Assembly: GCA_035285125.1 (NCBI GenBank)
Contig: JAYKHR010000055.1
Span: 1 to 34,965, forward strand
Length of the DNA: 34,965 nt
Direction of reading: 5' to 3'
Origin: Candidatus Sericytochromatia bacterium
GTDB lineage: Bacteria; Cyanobacteriota; Sericytochromatia; S15B-MN24; JAQBPE01
In this document: piece by piece, positions 1 to 8,912 of the stretch
Position numbering within the stretch: the first letter of the stretch is position 1
Layout: each line of letters starts with the position of its first letter
Notes under the pieces: generated by a model
Database searches by the model: none
Told to the model about the DNA's origin: nothing
What the model saw: only the letters and a program-made list of their open reading frames with translations
Position numbers and translations under genes: made by a program

Positions 1-2
1 TG

Positions 3-410
3 CACAAGGTGATCTTCCCCAACGGGCTGAAGCCCAGGGCGGCAACCCAGGGCGCCAAGGCCGCCAGCGGGGCCTTCCGGATCACGGGCACGCAGTGGCT
101 GCCCGACGGCTTCCGCGTCGAGGGCTATGCCCGCGTGGGCGGCATGACGGTGCCCGCCAAGACGACGGTGACGATGCGCTCCGTCGCGTCGAGCCGCGGC
201 GAGTGGGCCCTCCGACCGGACCGGATCGAGATCGCCGGGGTGTCGGTGCCCCCCGCTCTGCCGGCCGTCCGGCAGGCCATGGCGGCGGACTCCCGCCTGC
301 GGGCCGATGGCGATGCGTTCGTGGTGTTGCTCGGGGACGACGCCCCCAAGGCCACGCTCTGGGAGCGGATGAAGGCCGCGCTCGGGCGCGGGCCTGGGAC
401 CGTGCGGTAG
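3..410 (+). CDS. Hypothetical protein, 5'-truncated by the window edge
   Basis: Frame is open from the window start to TAG at 408-410, with GC3-rich codons and protein-like composition; no recognised motif. Confidence 0.6.
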   Translation, partial: HKVIFPNGLKPRAATQGAKAASGAFRITGTQWLPDGFRVEGYARVGGMTVPAKTTVTMRSVASSRGEWALRPDRIEIAGVSVPPALPAVRQAMAADSRLRADGDAFVVLLGDDAPKATLWERMKAALGRGPGTVR

Positions 411-437
411 AATCTGGGCTCCCCACCGGAGCCCGCC

Positions 438-1076
438 ATGCCCCCGCGCCCCATCCCCCACGCCCTCGACGCCGCCGGCACCGCCGTGGCGGCGGGTGAA
501 GCCAGGGCAGGCCTGGCTTATGCCTGCCCGGCCTGCGAGGAGCCCGTGCAGGCGCTTCGGTTCCAGGGTGACAAGGCGATCTGGGTGCACCAGGACTTCG
601 TCGCGGGCTGCGCATATACGAGAGGCGTCGCGCCGGAGCCGCCTGCGCGGGACCGGGCGGCGGCGTGGCTGGCCGACGCGATCGGCACGCGCGAGGACCT
701 CGCGGTGGCCCGCCGGTGCATGGCCTGCGAGGCCCCACGGCGCCAGGCCCTGCGCGCAGGCGGCCGCGTGCTGCGCGGGCGCCGGGACGTGGAGTTGGGC
801 GGCGGGCTGAGCGGCGACGTGGGGATCCTGGACGCGCAGGACGCGCTCCGCGCCGTCATCGTGCTGGTCGAGCGCGCGGGGGTGGCCCCGGCCCTTCAGG
901 CGGCCCTGGCCGGCCGCCCCTGGGTCGCGCTGGCAGCGCGGGACGTGCTCGACATGGCTGCCTCAGGCGAGGCGGCGACGCTCGTGCCCGTGGAGGACCA
1001 CTTCAACCCCTGGCGGTGCGCCGGCTGCGGGCACGCCAACGGGGCGCCAGCCGGCCAGGGCCCTCAGGGCGGGTAG
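438..1076 (+). CDS. CoiA-like zinc-ribbon protein with a degenerate PD-(D/E)xK-like region
   Basis: N-terminal ALDAAG..V.A..A....YACPAC..H....C, further CMAC and CAGC motifs, and a GDVGILD....AVIVL segment; TAGAAT -10-like hexamer upstream. Confidence 0.5.
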   Translation: MPPRPIPHALDAAGTAVAAGEARAGLAYACPACEEPVQALRFQGDKAIWVHQDFVAGCAYTRGVAPEPPARDRAAAWLADAIGTREDLAVARRCMACEAPRRQALRAGGRVLRGRRDVELGGGLSGDVGILDAQDALRAVIVLVERAGVAPALQAALAGRPWVALAARDVLDMAASGEAATLVPVEDHFNPWRCAGCGHANGAPAGQGPQGG

Positions 1077-1501
1077 CGCTGCAGCACGACCGTGCGCGCG
1101 GGCACGTCGAAGGGGCCGTGGGCCGCGAAGCGCAGCCCGCGGGCGGCAAACCGGACATGCGTCGCCCCCCGGCGCTCCAGCCAGATCTGGCCGGCCGTCG
1201 CCGGAAGCCGCACCGCGTGCATGGCCTCGGGAGGCACCGGCCCGGCAGGCAGCAACGCCCTGGGGTTCGAGACGGCCGCCAGCCAGGCTTGCAGCGAGGC
1301 AGCCGGCACCCAGCGGGCCCCGGGCGGCTCCCCAGCACAGCCGATCACCCGCCAGGGGGCCAGCACGAAGGCCTCGATCGGCCCCACCCCGTAGGCCGCA
1401 AGGCCCGTCACGGCGAAGGCCGGCAGGCGCTCAGGAGCCGGAGGCGGCGCGGGTCTGGCCAGCTGGGCCACTGGCACGGGAGGGGGCGGGGGGACGGGCA
1501 T
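1064..1501 (-). CDS. Hypothetical protein with Pro-rich N-terminus
   Basis: AGGAGG RBS before ATG at 1501; fills the gap downstream of DUF2256. Confidence 0.55.
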   Translation of the reverse strand: MPVPPPPPVPVAQLARPAPPPAPERLPAFAVTGLAAYGVGPIEAFVLAPWRVIGCAGEPPGARWVPAASLQAWLAAVSNPRALLPAGPVPPEAMHAVRLPATAGQIWLERRGATHVRFAARGLRFAAHGPFDVPARTVVLQRYPP

Positions 1502-1561
1502 GGGCGCCTCCTGCCACGACACCCCCCGCATACCCGGCCTGCAAGGCTCGGCCACGGGCGC

Positions 1562-1723
1562 TCAGGGCGGCGGAGGCGCGCCCCCCTGCCGCCGGCGCCG
1601 GCAGCGCTCCGAGCAGTACCGGACCTCGTCCCACACCCGCTCCCACTTCTTGCGCCACGAGAAGGGCCGCCCGCAGACCGGACAGACCTTCTCGGGCAGA
1701 TCACGTCGGTCCACGCCACGCAC
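1562..1723 (-). CDS. DUF2256 family zinc-finger protein
   Basis: [34 protein letters not shown] matches the family signature; AAGGAG RBS before GTG at 1723. Confidence 0.9.
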   Translation of the reverse strand: MRGVDRRDLPEKVCPVCGRPFSWRKKWERVWDEVRYCSERCRRRRQGGAPPPP

Positions 1724-1842
1724 AGAGGCTCTCCTTAGAGTTTCGATAACCATACCATAACCAAGTCGGCCCGATCGTGGAACCGATCGGGAACCGGCCA
1801 CCCCGACAAGGGAGATGTCCAGCGACCAGAGAGTGTTGCCCC

Positions 1843-2250
1843 ATGCCCCTGAACCCTGTCCGTCCCCTCACCGTCTCCCCCGTCGGCCCGCGCCGGACGC
1901 AGGCGCCCACCGCCGCGAGCCCCACGCCGGCCTCGACCTACTACCCTGGCTACCCGACGTACCCGGGCTACCCGTCGTACCCCGTGCAGCCCGGGCCCAA
2001 CCTGGGCAACGGCCTGTCGAACATCTTCCGGGGCATCGGCGAGGTGCTCCTCGTGACGGCCCAGGCCGCAGGCACCCTGCTGCGCTGGGCGGGCAGCGCC
2101 GCCGTCGCGATCCTCAGCGTTGCCTGGCAGCTCATTGCCACCGTGGGCCAGGCCCTGGGCCGAGGCCTGCGGGCGATCTTCGACCCGGGCTACGGCTACC
2201 AGCCCGGCTACCCGACGTACCCCAACTACCCGACGTACCCCCGGTACTGA
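1843..2250 (+). CDS. Hypothetical protein with Tyr-Pro repeats flanking an amphipathic helix
   Basis: YPGYPTYP repeats at both ends; GC3-rich codons; start chosen at ATG 1843. Confidence 0.7.
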   Translation: MPLNPVRPLTVSPVGPRRTQAPTAASPTPASTYYPGYPTYPGYPSYPVQPGPNLGNGLSNIFRGIGEVLLVTAQAAGTLLRWAGSAAVAILSVAWQLIATVGQALGRGLRAIFDPGYGYQPGYPTYPNYPTYPRY

Positions 2251-2277
2251 CCCACGCCCGGCGCAAGGGGCGCCGGT

Positions 2278-5200
2278 TCACATAGCCTCGACGTCCTCCT
2301 CCGGGTCGTCGGCCACGAGGTCCCCCGGCCACCAGCCGGGGGCCTCGTCCGTCTCGGCTGGGAACAGGGCAAGCGCCGCCGGGTCGCAGGCCTCACACCG
2401 GCGGGCCTGGGGGCAGGCCCCGCAGGCCAGCGGCGACGGACGCGGCTCGAACTCCCCGCGCGCGATGGCGGCGGCCACCTCCAAGGCGCGGGCCTGGCCC
2501 GCCGCCAGCGCCGCCGCGTCGAAGCGGTGCAGGCGGTCGTGGCGCACGTAGGCCAGGTAGGCCTCGGCCACGCCTGCATGCCGGGCGTACACGGCGAGCT
2601 GCAGCAGGTGGTGGTCGGGGTCGACCTCCCGATCCGTCTTGTAGTCGAGCACGAAGCCGGGCCCGAGCGCGTCGATCTTGCCTGAGACCACAAGCGGCCC
2701 GAGCACCTCCCGGAACGCGACCTCCTGCCGCAGGGGCGCCGCACGCAGCAGGGCGAAGGCCGGCGCGGCGTGGAAGCTCTGCACAAGGTCTGCCGCCTCG
2801 CCCACGGCCGCGTCGTCCCCCGCCAGGGCCGAGCCCGCCTGCACCGCAAGCGCGCCGATCGCCTCGCGGCCCCGCGCGCCGTGCTCCAGCGCGAGGTGCA
2901 CGAGCGTGCCCAGAGCCGCCGCCTGCCCCGGTGGGGCTGCCCCGGCGGCCGCGGGTGGCACCTCCGGAGGGTGCCGCTCGACCACGCCGAGCCGGAACCG
3001 CGCCGGGCAGGCCGCATGCTCCGCGAGGGCCGTCACGGGCAGCTCGTCGAGCCCTGCCCCGCACCCCGTGACCACGGCCGGGAGGCCCTGGGGCCAGGCC
3101 ATCACGGGCAGCTCCGGGGGCCGGGCGCGCTCGGGCAGCGGCGGCACCATCGTGGGCGGGACGCCGGCCGCCTGCAGGCCGGGCAGCAGCATGTCGAGCA
3201 TGGGGCCCTTGCGGGACGCCGCGCTGAGGATGAGGTGGTCCCGGGCCCGCGTGAGCGCCACGTAAAGCAGCCGGCGGCGCTCCTCGGCCTCCTCTGCCTT
3301 GCGCCGCTCCCCGAGCTCCCTGTAACGCGTGGGCGTGGTGCCGGCGCTGTCGCTGCCCCCAAGCCGCAGCGCAAGGCCGAGCGCGTCGTCGAGGCGGACC
3401 TCGGCGGTGTCGCTCGGGGTGGCCCGCGTCAGGTCAACAATGGCCACCACTGGCCACTCGAGCCCTTTCGAGGCGTGGATCGTGAGCAGGCTGACGGCGT
3501 CCCCCGCCTCGAGGGGCGGTCGCTCGATGGCGATCTCGGCCGCCATGAGGCGCCGCAGGCGCCGGACCACCACGCCCACGTCCTCCGTGCCGTGCTCGAG
3601 CTCCCGCACGAGGGCCACGAAGCCCTGCCAGTCCGCCAGCCGGCGCCGGCCCCCGGGCATCGTCGCCGCCACCGCCGTGTAGCCGCGGTCGCGATCCGCC
3701 CGGGCCAGCAGGGCCGAGGGGGCCTCCGTCCGCCGCGCCGCCAGCCAGCCAGCCAGCACCTCGCGGATCGCCGGCCAGCCGTCCTCCATCACCGCCTCGA
3801 ACGTCGCCCACCAGCCGGCCTCGCGATCGACGCGGGCCGCCAGGCGCGCCAGGCGGGCGTCATCGACGGCGAAGAAGGGGCTGCGCAGCAGCGCGACGAG
3901 CGCATGGTCGTCGCGGGGGGCGGCCAGCCAGGCGAGCACGGCCAGGGCGTCGAGCGCCTCGCGGGCCTCGAGGAGGTTGCCACCGCGGGTCTGGACGGCC
4001 GGAATGCCCTGGGCCGCCAGGGCCTCCTCGATCGCCTCGAAGGAGGACCACGAGCGCGCCAGCACGGCGATGTCGCCGCAGGCCAGCGGGCGGCTGGTGG
4101 GCCCCTCGCCCCGCCGCTCGGCCCGCCTGTCATGCACCTGGAAGGCCGGGGCTCGGTCGAGCAGCGCCCGCAAATGGCGCGCCAGCCGGTCGGCCTCCAT
4201 GCGCCGCCGACGCTCGGCCGGCACGGCGTTGCGCCCACCTGAGGGGGTGTCGAGCACCAGCACCTCGAGGTGCGGCGCCGGCGAGGGCGCCGCCTGACGC
4301 GTGGCCCCCATCGCCACGCGCACGCCGGGCAGCAGCGGGCCGCAGACGGCGTTGAGCAGGGCCATCAGCGGGGCGTGCGTGCGCCGGCTCTCCGTCAGCT
4401 CGCCGGCCTGGCCCCGGGCGGCCAACTCGCGCTGGAAGGCCTGAAACACGCGGGGGTCGGCCCGCCGGAAGCCGAAGATCGACTGCTTCTCGTCGCCCAC
4501 GATGGTCAGCCGGGCCCGCCTACCGTCCCGAGGGGCCGTCAGGTGCCGCAGCAACTCGGCCTGCACCGGGTTGGTGTCCTGGAACTCGTCCACGATCACG
4601 GCCCGCCACCGCGCGTGGTAGTAAGCGCGCACGGCGTCGTGGGACAGCGCCCGCAGCGCCCCGAGCTCGAGGTCGGCGTAGTCGAGCCGCCGCTGCCGCA
4701 TCTTCTGGGCCTGCAGCTCGGCCACAACGCCACCCCAGGCCGCCCGCAGCACGGGCAGCACGGCGGCGAGGCGGTGGTCAGCCTCGCTGCCCCCGGGCCC
4801 CGGATCCGGCAGCGGCACGGCCAGCGCCCTCTCCGCGAGGTGGGGGTCCCGCAGCAACGCCTCGAACACGGCCCGCGCCTTGGCCCAGGGCAGGTGCTCG
4901 AACAGCGCCGGCGGCAGGGCGGCCAGCGCCGCCTCGAGGTGCTCCGCCTGCCACAGCACGCCCTCTCGCTCGTCGAGGATGGCGAACTCGCGGGGAACCT
5001 CGGCCTCGTCCGGGTGCTCGCGGCAGATGCGCGCGGCGAGGGCGTGGATGGTGCTGATGGGGGCCGCCTCCAGCGCCCCGAGCACGCCGGGATCGTCGAG
5101 GGCGCTGCCCGCGAGGCCCCGGGCCGTGCGGTGGCGCAGCCGCTCGCGCACCTCCTCGCGCACGCGCGCCCGCAACTCGGCGGCGGCCAGCTCGGTGAAG

Positions 5201-5358
5201 GTCACGGCGACGATCGCCAGCGGGCCCAGGCCGTCGACCTCCAGGTGGTGCGCGTAGCGCTTCTGGAGCATGTAGGTCTTGCCAGCACCCGCGCCGGCCG
5301 TCACCACGAGGTCGCCATCGGCCTCCCACACGGGGGCTTGCGTGTCGAGCGGGGTCAT
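2278..5358 (-). CDS. addA: AddA-like UvrD/SF1 helicase with C-terminal PD-(D/E)xK nuclease
   Basis: GAGAGKT, VTFTELAA, STIHAL, VDEFQDTN, VGDEKQSIFGFR, TIHASKGLE and LLYVALTRA helicase motifs; GKID...LDYKT, QLAVY nuclease motifs. Confidence 0.9.
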   Translation of the reverse strand: MTPLDTQAPVWEADGDLVVTAGAGAGKTYMLQKRYAHHLEVDGLGPLAIVAVTFTELAAAELRARVREEVRERLRHRTARGLAGSALDDPGVLGALEAAPISTIHALAARICREHPDEAEVPREFAILDEREGVLWQAEHLEAALAALPPALFEHLPWAKARAVFEALLRDPHLAERALAVPLPDPGPGGSEADHRLAAVLPVLRAAWGGVVAELQAQKMRQRRLDYADLELGALRALSHDAVRAYYHARWRAVIVDEFQDTNPVQAELLRHLTAPRDGRRARLTIVGDEKQSIFGFRRADPRVFQAFQRELAARGQAGELTESRRTHAPLMALLNAVCGPLLPGVRVAMGATRQAAPSPAPHLEVLVLDTPSGGRNAVPAERRRRMEADRLARHLRALLDRAPAFQVHDRRAERRGEGPTSRPLACGDIAVLARSWSSFEAIEEALAAQGIPAVQTRGGNLLEAREALDALAVLAWLAAPRDDHALVALLRSPFFAVDDARLARLAARVDREAGWWATFEAVMEDGWPAIREVLAGWLAARRTEAPSALLARADRDRGYTAVAATMPGGRRRLADWQGFVALVRELEHGTEDVGVVVRRLRRLMAAEIAIERPPLEAGDAVSLLTIHASKGLEWPVVAIVDLTRATPSDTAEVRLDDALGLALRLGGSDSAGTTPTRYRELGERRKAEEAEERRRLLYVALTRARDHLILSAASRKGPMLDMLLPGLQAAGVPPTMVPPLPERARPPELPVMAWPQGLPAVVTGCGAGLDELPVTALAEHAACPARFRLGVVERHPPEVPPAAAGAAPPGQAAALGTLVHLALEHGARGREAIGALAVQAGSALAGDDAAVGEAADLVQSFHAAPAFALLRAAPLRQEVAFREVLGPLVVSGKIDALGPGFVLDYKTDREVDPDHHLLQLAVYARHAGVAEAYLAYVRHDRLHRFDAAALAAGQARALEVAAAIARGEFEPRPSPLACGACPQARRCEACDPAALALFPAETDEAPGWWPGDLVADDPEEDVEAM

Positions 5359-7982
5359 CGGGAGGCCTCCTGGGGCTTGCGCTCATGCCCGGGGCCGATC
5401 CGGCAGATGGGCCGGTGGTCGCACCAGGTGCACGCCTCGCGCTTGGCGTCGGGTGAGACGGGAAAGGCGCCTGCCGCCAGCCGCGCCCGGACGCCGGCCA
5501 CGAACGCGTCGAGCGCCTCGGGCGAGGGCACGCCGACCTCGAGCACCTCGCCCTTGCCCAGCGAATAATACGCGGCCTCCCCGACGGGCTCGCCGGGGAA
5601 GAGCGCCGGGGCGGCAGCCTGGACGTAGATCGGCAGCTGCAGGTCCAGCTTCAGGCGGCCCTCGTCGTCCCGCGCCCCGCTCGGGGGGGTGCCGCCGGTC
5701 TTGTAGTCGAGCAGCAGGAGCCGGCCCGCCGCGTCGCGGTCGATGCGGTCGATGCGCCCCGTCAGCCGCAGGCCACGCCAGCTGGCCTTGAAGCCCTGCT
5801 CACAGGCGACGGGGCGGGCGCCCTCCGCCAGGAACCCGGGGGCCCGCACGGCCGCCTCCAGCAGGCGCACGTGGCCGGGGCGCTGCCGCTCCCAGGCGGG
5901 CGTCTCGGGCAGCGCCAGGGCCACCCGGGCCGCCTCCAGCGCGGCGGGCAGGGCCGCCACCACGGCGTCTCGCAGCGAGGGGGCATCGCCCGCGGCCTCG
6001 ACGGCGTGCTGGAGCGCCGCGTGGTAGAGCTCCCCGCGCCGCCGCTCCGAAAGCCCGTCGCCCTCGTCCTCGGGGGGTGCGAGCCGCAGGCCGTGGCTCA
6101 CGAACCAGCGGAAGGGGCACTGCCCGAGCGTCGTGAGCTGGCTGGCGCTGAACAGGTGCCGGGCCGGATCCACCGCCACCCCGCTGACGCCCTCGTGCGG
6201 GCCGTGGGCCGCCGCGCCCTCCCGGGCCCGCTCCACGGCCAGGGCCGCCACCAGCGCCGGCGCGAGGGCGTCGTCGCCGAGGGCGTCCGCGCCCAGCCCG
6301 TGCCGCCGCACCTCCTCGCGGCTTGCGAGCAGGCGCGCCTGCGTCATCGCCACGGGTGGCCCGAAGGCCTCCAGGTAGGGGCTCGGCAGGGCCAGCTTGC
6401 CCCCCCGCATCCGCGGGTGCGAGAGCACGAGGGCCTCGGTGGCCGTGGCCACCAGCGCGGCAAAGCTGGTGAGCTCGCGGCCGGCGGCCCCGGCGGCGTC
6501 CTCGACGGGCACGCCGAGCACCCCGAGGGCCGCGACGTCGTGGAAGTCGAGCACGTGGCTGTCGGCGACGGGGGCGGGCAGCACCCCCTCGGCCATCCCG
6601 ACGACGAACACGTGCCGCACCCGTGCGCCGAACAGGGCGAGCGGCGTGTGAAGCGAGACGCCCCCGCGGCGAGGCCGGCAGGGCACGGCCAGGTGGCGGG
6701 CGGCCTCCCGGAGGCGCGCGGTGAAGGCCTCCAGGCCGAGGGACTCGGCGCCCTCCTGGAGGGCGGGCAGGGCGCGGTGCAGGGCCTGCAGGGCCAGCGT
6801 CGCCGAGGCCCAGGGACGGGCTCTCGCAGCCACGCGGGCAGCCCTCAGCGCCTGCGAGAGCCACGCGCCCCATGCTGCGGCCGGGGCAGGGCCGGCGGGG
6901 GGGGCCAGCGGCGTCAGCGGGACGCCGTGGGCCTCCCAGGCAGCCACGCCCCGCGGCGCGTGCCGGCGGAGCGCGGCCAGGTCGAGGTCGCCAGGGCCCC
7001 CCAGGCCCGTGAGGGGGTGGGCCAGCAAGGCCAGCGTGGCGTCCGGGTCGAAGCCGGCGGCCGCCGCCGCGAGCAGCGCCTCGAGCCAGGTGCCGAGGCG
7101 CGTCTCGGGCAGCGGGACGCGGTAGTGGAGCTGGAGCGGCACACCGTACTCGTCGGCGATCGCGGCGGCCAGCGGGCCGATGGCGGCGTCGTCCCGGGCG
7201 ACGAGCACGCACTCGGAGGGCCGCACGCCCGCGAGCAGGAGCTGCTTGAGGTCCGCAAGCGCCCCGCGCAGCTCGGCCTCCTCGTCGGCGTGAGAGCGCA
7301 CGACCACAGGCGCCCCCGGCGCGAAGGCCGGCCCCCCGCCGGCCTCGACGACCTCCCAGCCGGCGCTGCGCCAGCGCGCGGCCAAGGCGCGGTTCCCGGC
7401 GTACGCCGGGGCCGGACGCCCATCATCCGCAGCCGCGTCGGGCAGCAGCACGCGCGTGGCCGGGCCGGCGACGGCCTCGACGTAGGCGGCCTCGTCCCAG
7501 CCGAGCCGCGGGTAGCCAGTGACGAGCAGGTCTTCCCGCTCGCCGGCCACCGCCGCCGCAGCCCGCAGCACCTGGGCCGGCTCGAGCCGGCCCGCCTCGG
7601 CGAGCGCCGCCACGTAGGCCTCGGCGATGCGCGCGATCGCCTGAGCGCGAGGCGGCCCGGCCGTCACGATGGCCCGCAGGTCGGCCCCCGCCCGCAGCCA
7701 GCCCCGGATCACGGGCGCGACGCCGCGCGCCCGCCCCTCGACGTCAGCCCCCCCCCGCCACGACCGCCGCACGGCCTCGCGCAGCAGCACCTGCGCCTCG
7801 AGGGCGCTCGCGACGGGCGGCGCCCCCGCCTGCCGCAGGCGGGTGGTCGCATGCCGGACGAGGGAGCAGGCGTCCACGCCCAGCGCCCGGGCCGCCCGCG
7901 CGTTGGGCGTCAGCACACGGCGGCCGGCGACCGCCTCGCCGGGCGCCAGCCGAGACCAGGGAAGCAGGTGCAGCGACGGCAT
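5355..7982 (-). CDS. addB: AddB-like subunit with inactive helicase-like body and Fe-S PD-(D/E)xK nuclease
   Basis: SASQLTTLGQCPF, GRIDRID, LLDYKTG, LQLPIY, CTWCDHRPIC; ATGA overlap with addA; GGAGG RBS before ATG 7982. Confidence 0.85.
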   Translation of the reverse strand: MPSLHLLPWSRLAPGEAVAGRRVLTPNARAARALGVDACSLVRHATTRLRQAGAPPVASALEAQVLLREAVRRSWRGGADVEGRARGVAPVIRGWLRAGADLRAIVTAGPPRAQAIARIAEAYVAALAEAGRLEPAQVLRAAAAVAGEREDLLVTGYPRLGWDEAAYVEAVAGPATRVLLPDAAADDGRPAPAYAGNRALAARWRSAGWEVVEAGGGPAFAPGAPVVVRSHADEEAELRGALADLKQLLLAGVRPSECVLVARDDAAIGPLAAAIADEYGVPLQLHYRVPLPETRLGTWLEALLAAAAAGFDPDATLALLAHPLTGLGGPGDLDLAALRRHAPRGVAAWEAHGVPLTPLAPPAGPAPAAAWGAWLSQALRAARVAARARPWASATLALQALHRALPALQEGAESLGLEAFTARLREAARHLAVPCRPRRGGVSLHTPLALFGARVRHVFVVGMAEGVLPAPVADSHVLDFHDVAALGVLGVPVEDAAGAAGRELTSFAALVATATEALVLSHPRMRGGKLALPSPYLEAFGPPVAMTQARLLASREEVRRHGLGADALGDDALAPALVAALAVERAREGAAAHGPHEGVSGVAVDPARHLFSASQLTTLGQCPFRWFVSHGLRLAPPEDEGDGLSERRRGELYHAALQHAVEAAGDAPSLRDAVVAALPAALEAARVALALPETPAWERQRPGHVRLLEAAVRAPGFLAEGARPVACEQGFKASWRGLRLTGRIDRIDRDAAGRLLLLDYKTGGTPPSGARDDEGRLKLDLQLPIYVQAAAPALFPGEPVGEAAYYSLGKGEVLEVGVPSPEALDAFVAGVRARLAAGAFPVSPDAKREACTWCDHRPICRIGPGHERKPQEASR

Positions 7983-8007
7983 CGTGGGCCCCTCCGGCGG
8001 CAGCGCC

Positions 8008-8016
8008 AGCTTACCA
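8008..8016 (-). promoter_or_regulatory. Extended -10 element (TGG TAAGCT) for addBA
   Basis: TGnTAAGCT on the minus strand about 25 nt upstream of the addB start. Confidence 0.4.
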
Positions 8017-8082
8017 CACGCCCCGGGTGTTTCCAGGTGGCACACCGCCAGGCAAGGCGGTGATCGGGCTCACGCATGGGGC

Positions 8083-8112
8083 TTGATCGAGGTCGAACAA
8101 ATTTTCTATACT
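8083..8112 (+). promoter_or_regulatory. Sigma70-type promoter overlapping a candidate LexA box
   Basis: TTGATC-18 nt-TATACT, with TCGAACAAATTTTCTA at 8093-8108. Confidence 0.55.
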
Positions 8113-8141
8113 GGAGGCATCCCGCAAAGGGGGGCGTGGCG

Positions 8142-8720
8142 GTGCGCATCGTGGCGGCGGTCGGCGAGGGACCAGGAGGGCTCGGGGGCCTATGGCGCCC
8201 GATGGCCTGGATGCCGGCCATCGAGGCCTTGCAGGCCCACCTCGGCCAGCTGGCCGGCGAGGCGCCCCTGGCCGTCCGCACCACCCTGGAGGCGGGCTTC
8301 CCCCTGATGGCGGCCGCGGCCGCCTTGCGGGCGCGAGACGCGGGCCTCCCCATCCGGCTGGAGGTGGTGCTGCCGCACCCGCTGCCCGACGGGGACCAGG
8401 AGCCGCGCGCCATCCATGCCTGGGCCCGGCGCGCCCTCGCGCGCGCCGACGCCAGCCACGTGCTGTTCGCCCGCCCGCCTCGCACCCGCCACGAGCACGC
8501 GGCGCTGCGGCTGGAGGCCGATCGCGCCCTGCTGGCCGACGGCGCCACCGTGCTGGCCTGCTGGAACGGGCGTCGCGGCAGCCGGACGTGGGGCACGCTG
8601 CAGCAAGCCCAGCGGCTGGGGGTGGCGGTGGAGCACCTCTATCCGGCCGTCGCGGGCGCACTCGGGCTCGACCGCGAGGCCCGGCCGGCGTCCCCCTGGG
8701 AGGACGGGGAAACGGGCTAG
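8142..8720 (+). CDS. Degenerate SLOG/YspA (DUF1273)-like protein
   Basis: Rossmannoid layout RIVAAVG..., IRLEVVLP, ALARAD, VLACWNG...T..T...A...GV.V.HL; start at GTG 8136 or 8142. Confidence 0.6.
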   Translation: MRIVAAVGEGPGGLGGLWRPMAWMPAIEALQAHLGQLAGEAPLAVRTTLEAGFPLMAAAAALRARDAGLPIRLEVVLPHPLPDGDQEPRAIHAWARRALARADASHVLFARPPRTRHEHAALRLEADRALLADGATVLACWNGRRGSRTWGTLQQAQRLGVAVEHLYPAVAGALGLDREARPASPWEDGETG

Positions 8721-8781
8721 CCTCCCGGCCTGCGATCCCGCTGGCCGACCGGCGCCGGTTGGTGTATGATCCATAGCAGCT

Positions 8782-8854
8782 GCGGTGTTAGCTCAATTGG
8801 TAGAGCACCGGTCTCCAAAACCGGGGGTTAAAGGTTCGAGTCCTTTACGCCGCG
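8782..8854 (+). tRNA. trnW: tRNA-Trp(CCA), 3' CCA not encoded
   Basis: Acceptor stem GCGGTGT/ACGCCGC, D arm GCTC/GAGC, anticodon stem CCGGT/ACCGG with loop CTCCAAA, T arm AAAGG-TTCGAGT-CCTTT, discriminator G; TATGAT at 8765. Confidence 0.97.
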
Positions 8855-8856
8855 CT

Positions 8857-8886
8857 ACAGCCCCCTCACGGGGGCTGTTTCCTTTT
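8857..8886 (+). terminator. Intrinsic terminator after tRNA-Trp
   Basis: ACAGCCCCC-TCAC-GGGGGCTGT perfect 9-bp stem followed by TTCCTTTT. Confidence 0.8.
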
Positions 8887-8912
8887 CAGTGCCCGCCCGG
8901 GAGGCCCTCTGG

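Noticed and set aside
2278..6150. Cas4-like nuclease domains suggesting CRISPR-Cas or a defence system
   Set aside because: They are C-terminal domains of an AddAB-like pair; no cas1/cas2 and no repeat-spacer array in the window
8856..8878. C/G-tract palindrome before copZ as a CsoR operator
   Set aside because: Lacks the TAC...GTA flanks directly on the C/G tracts and is fully explained as the tRNA terminator
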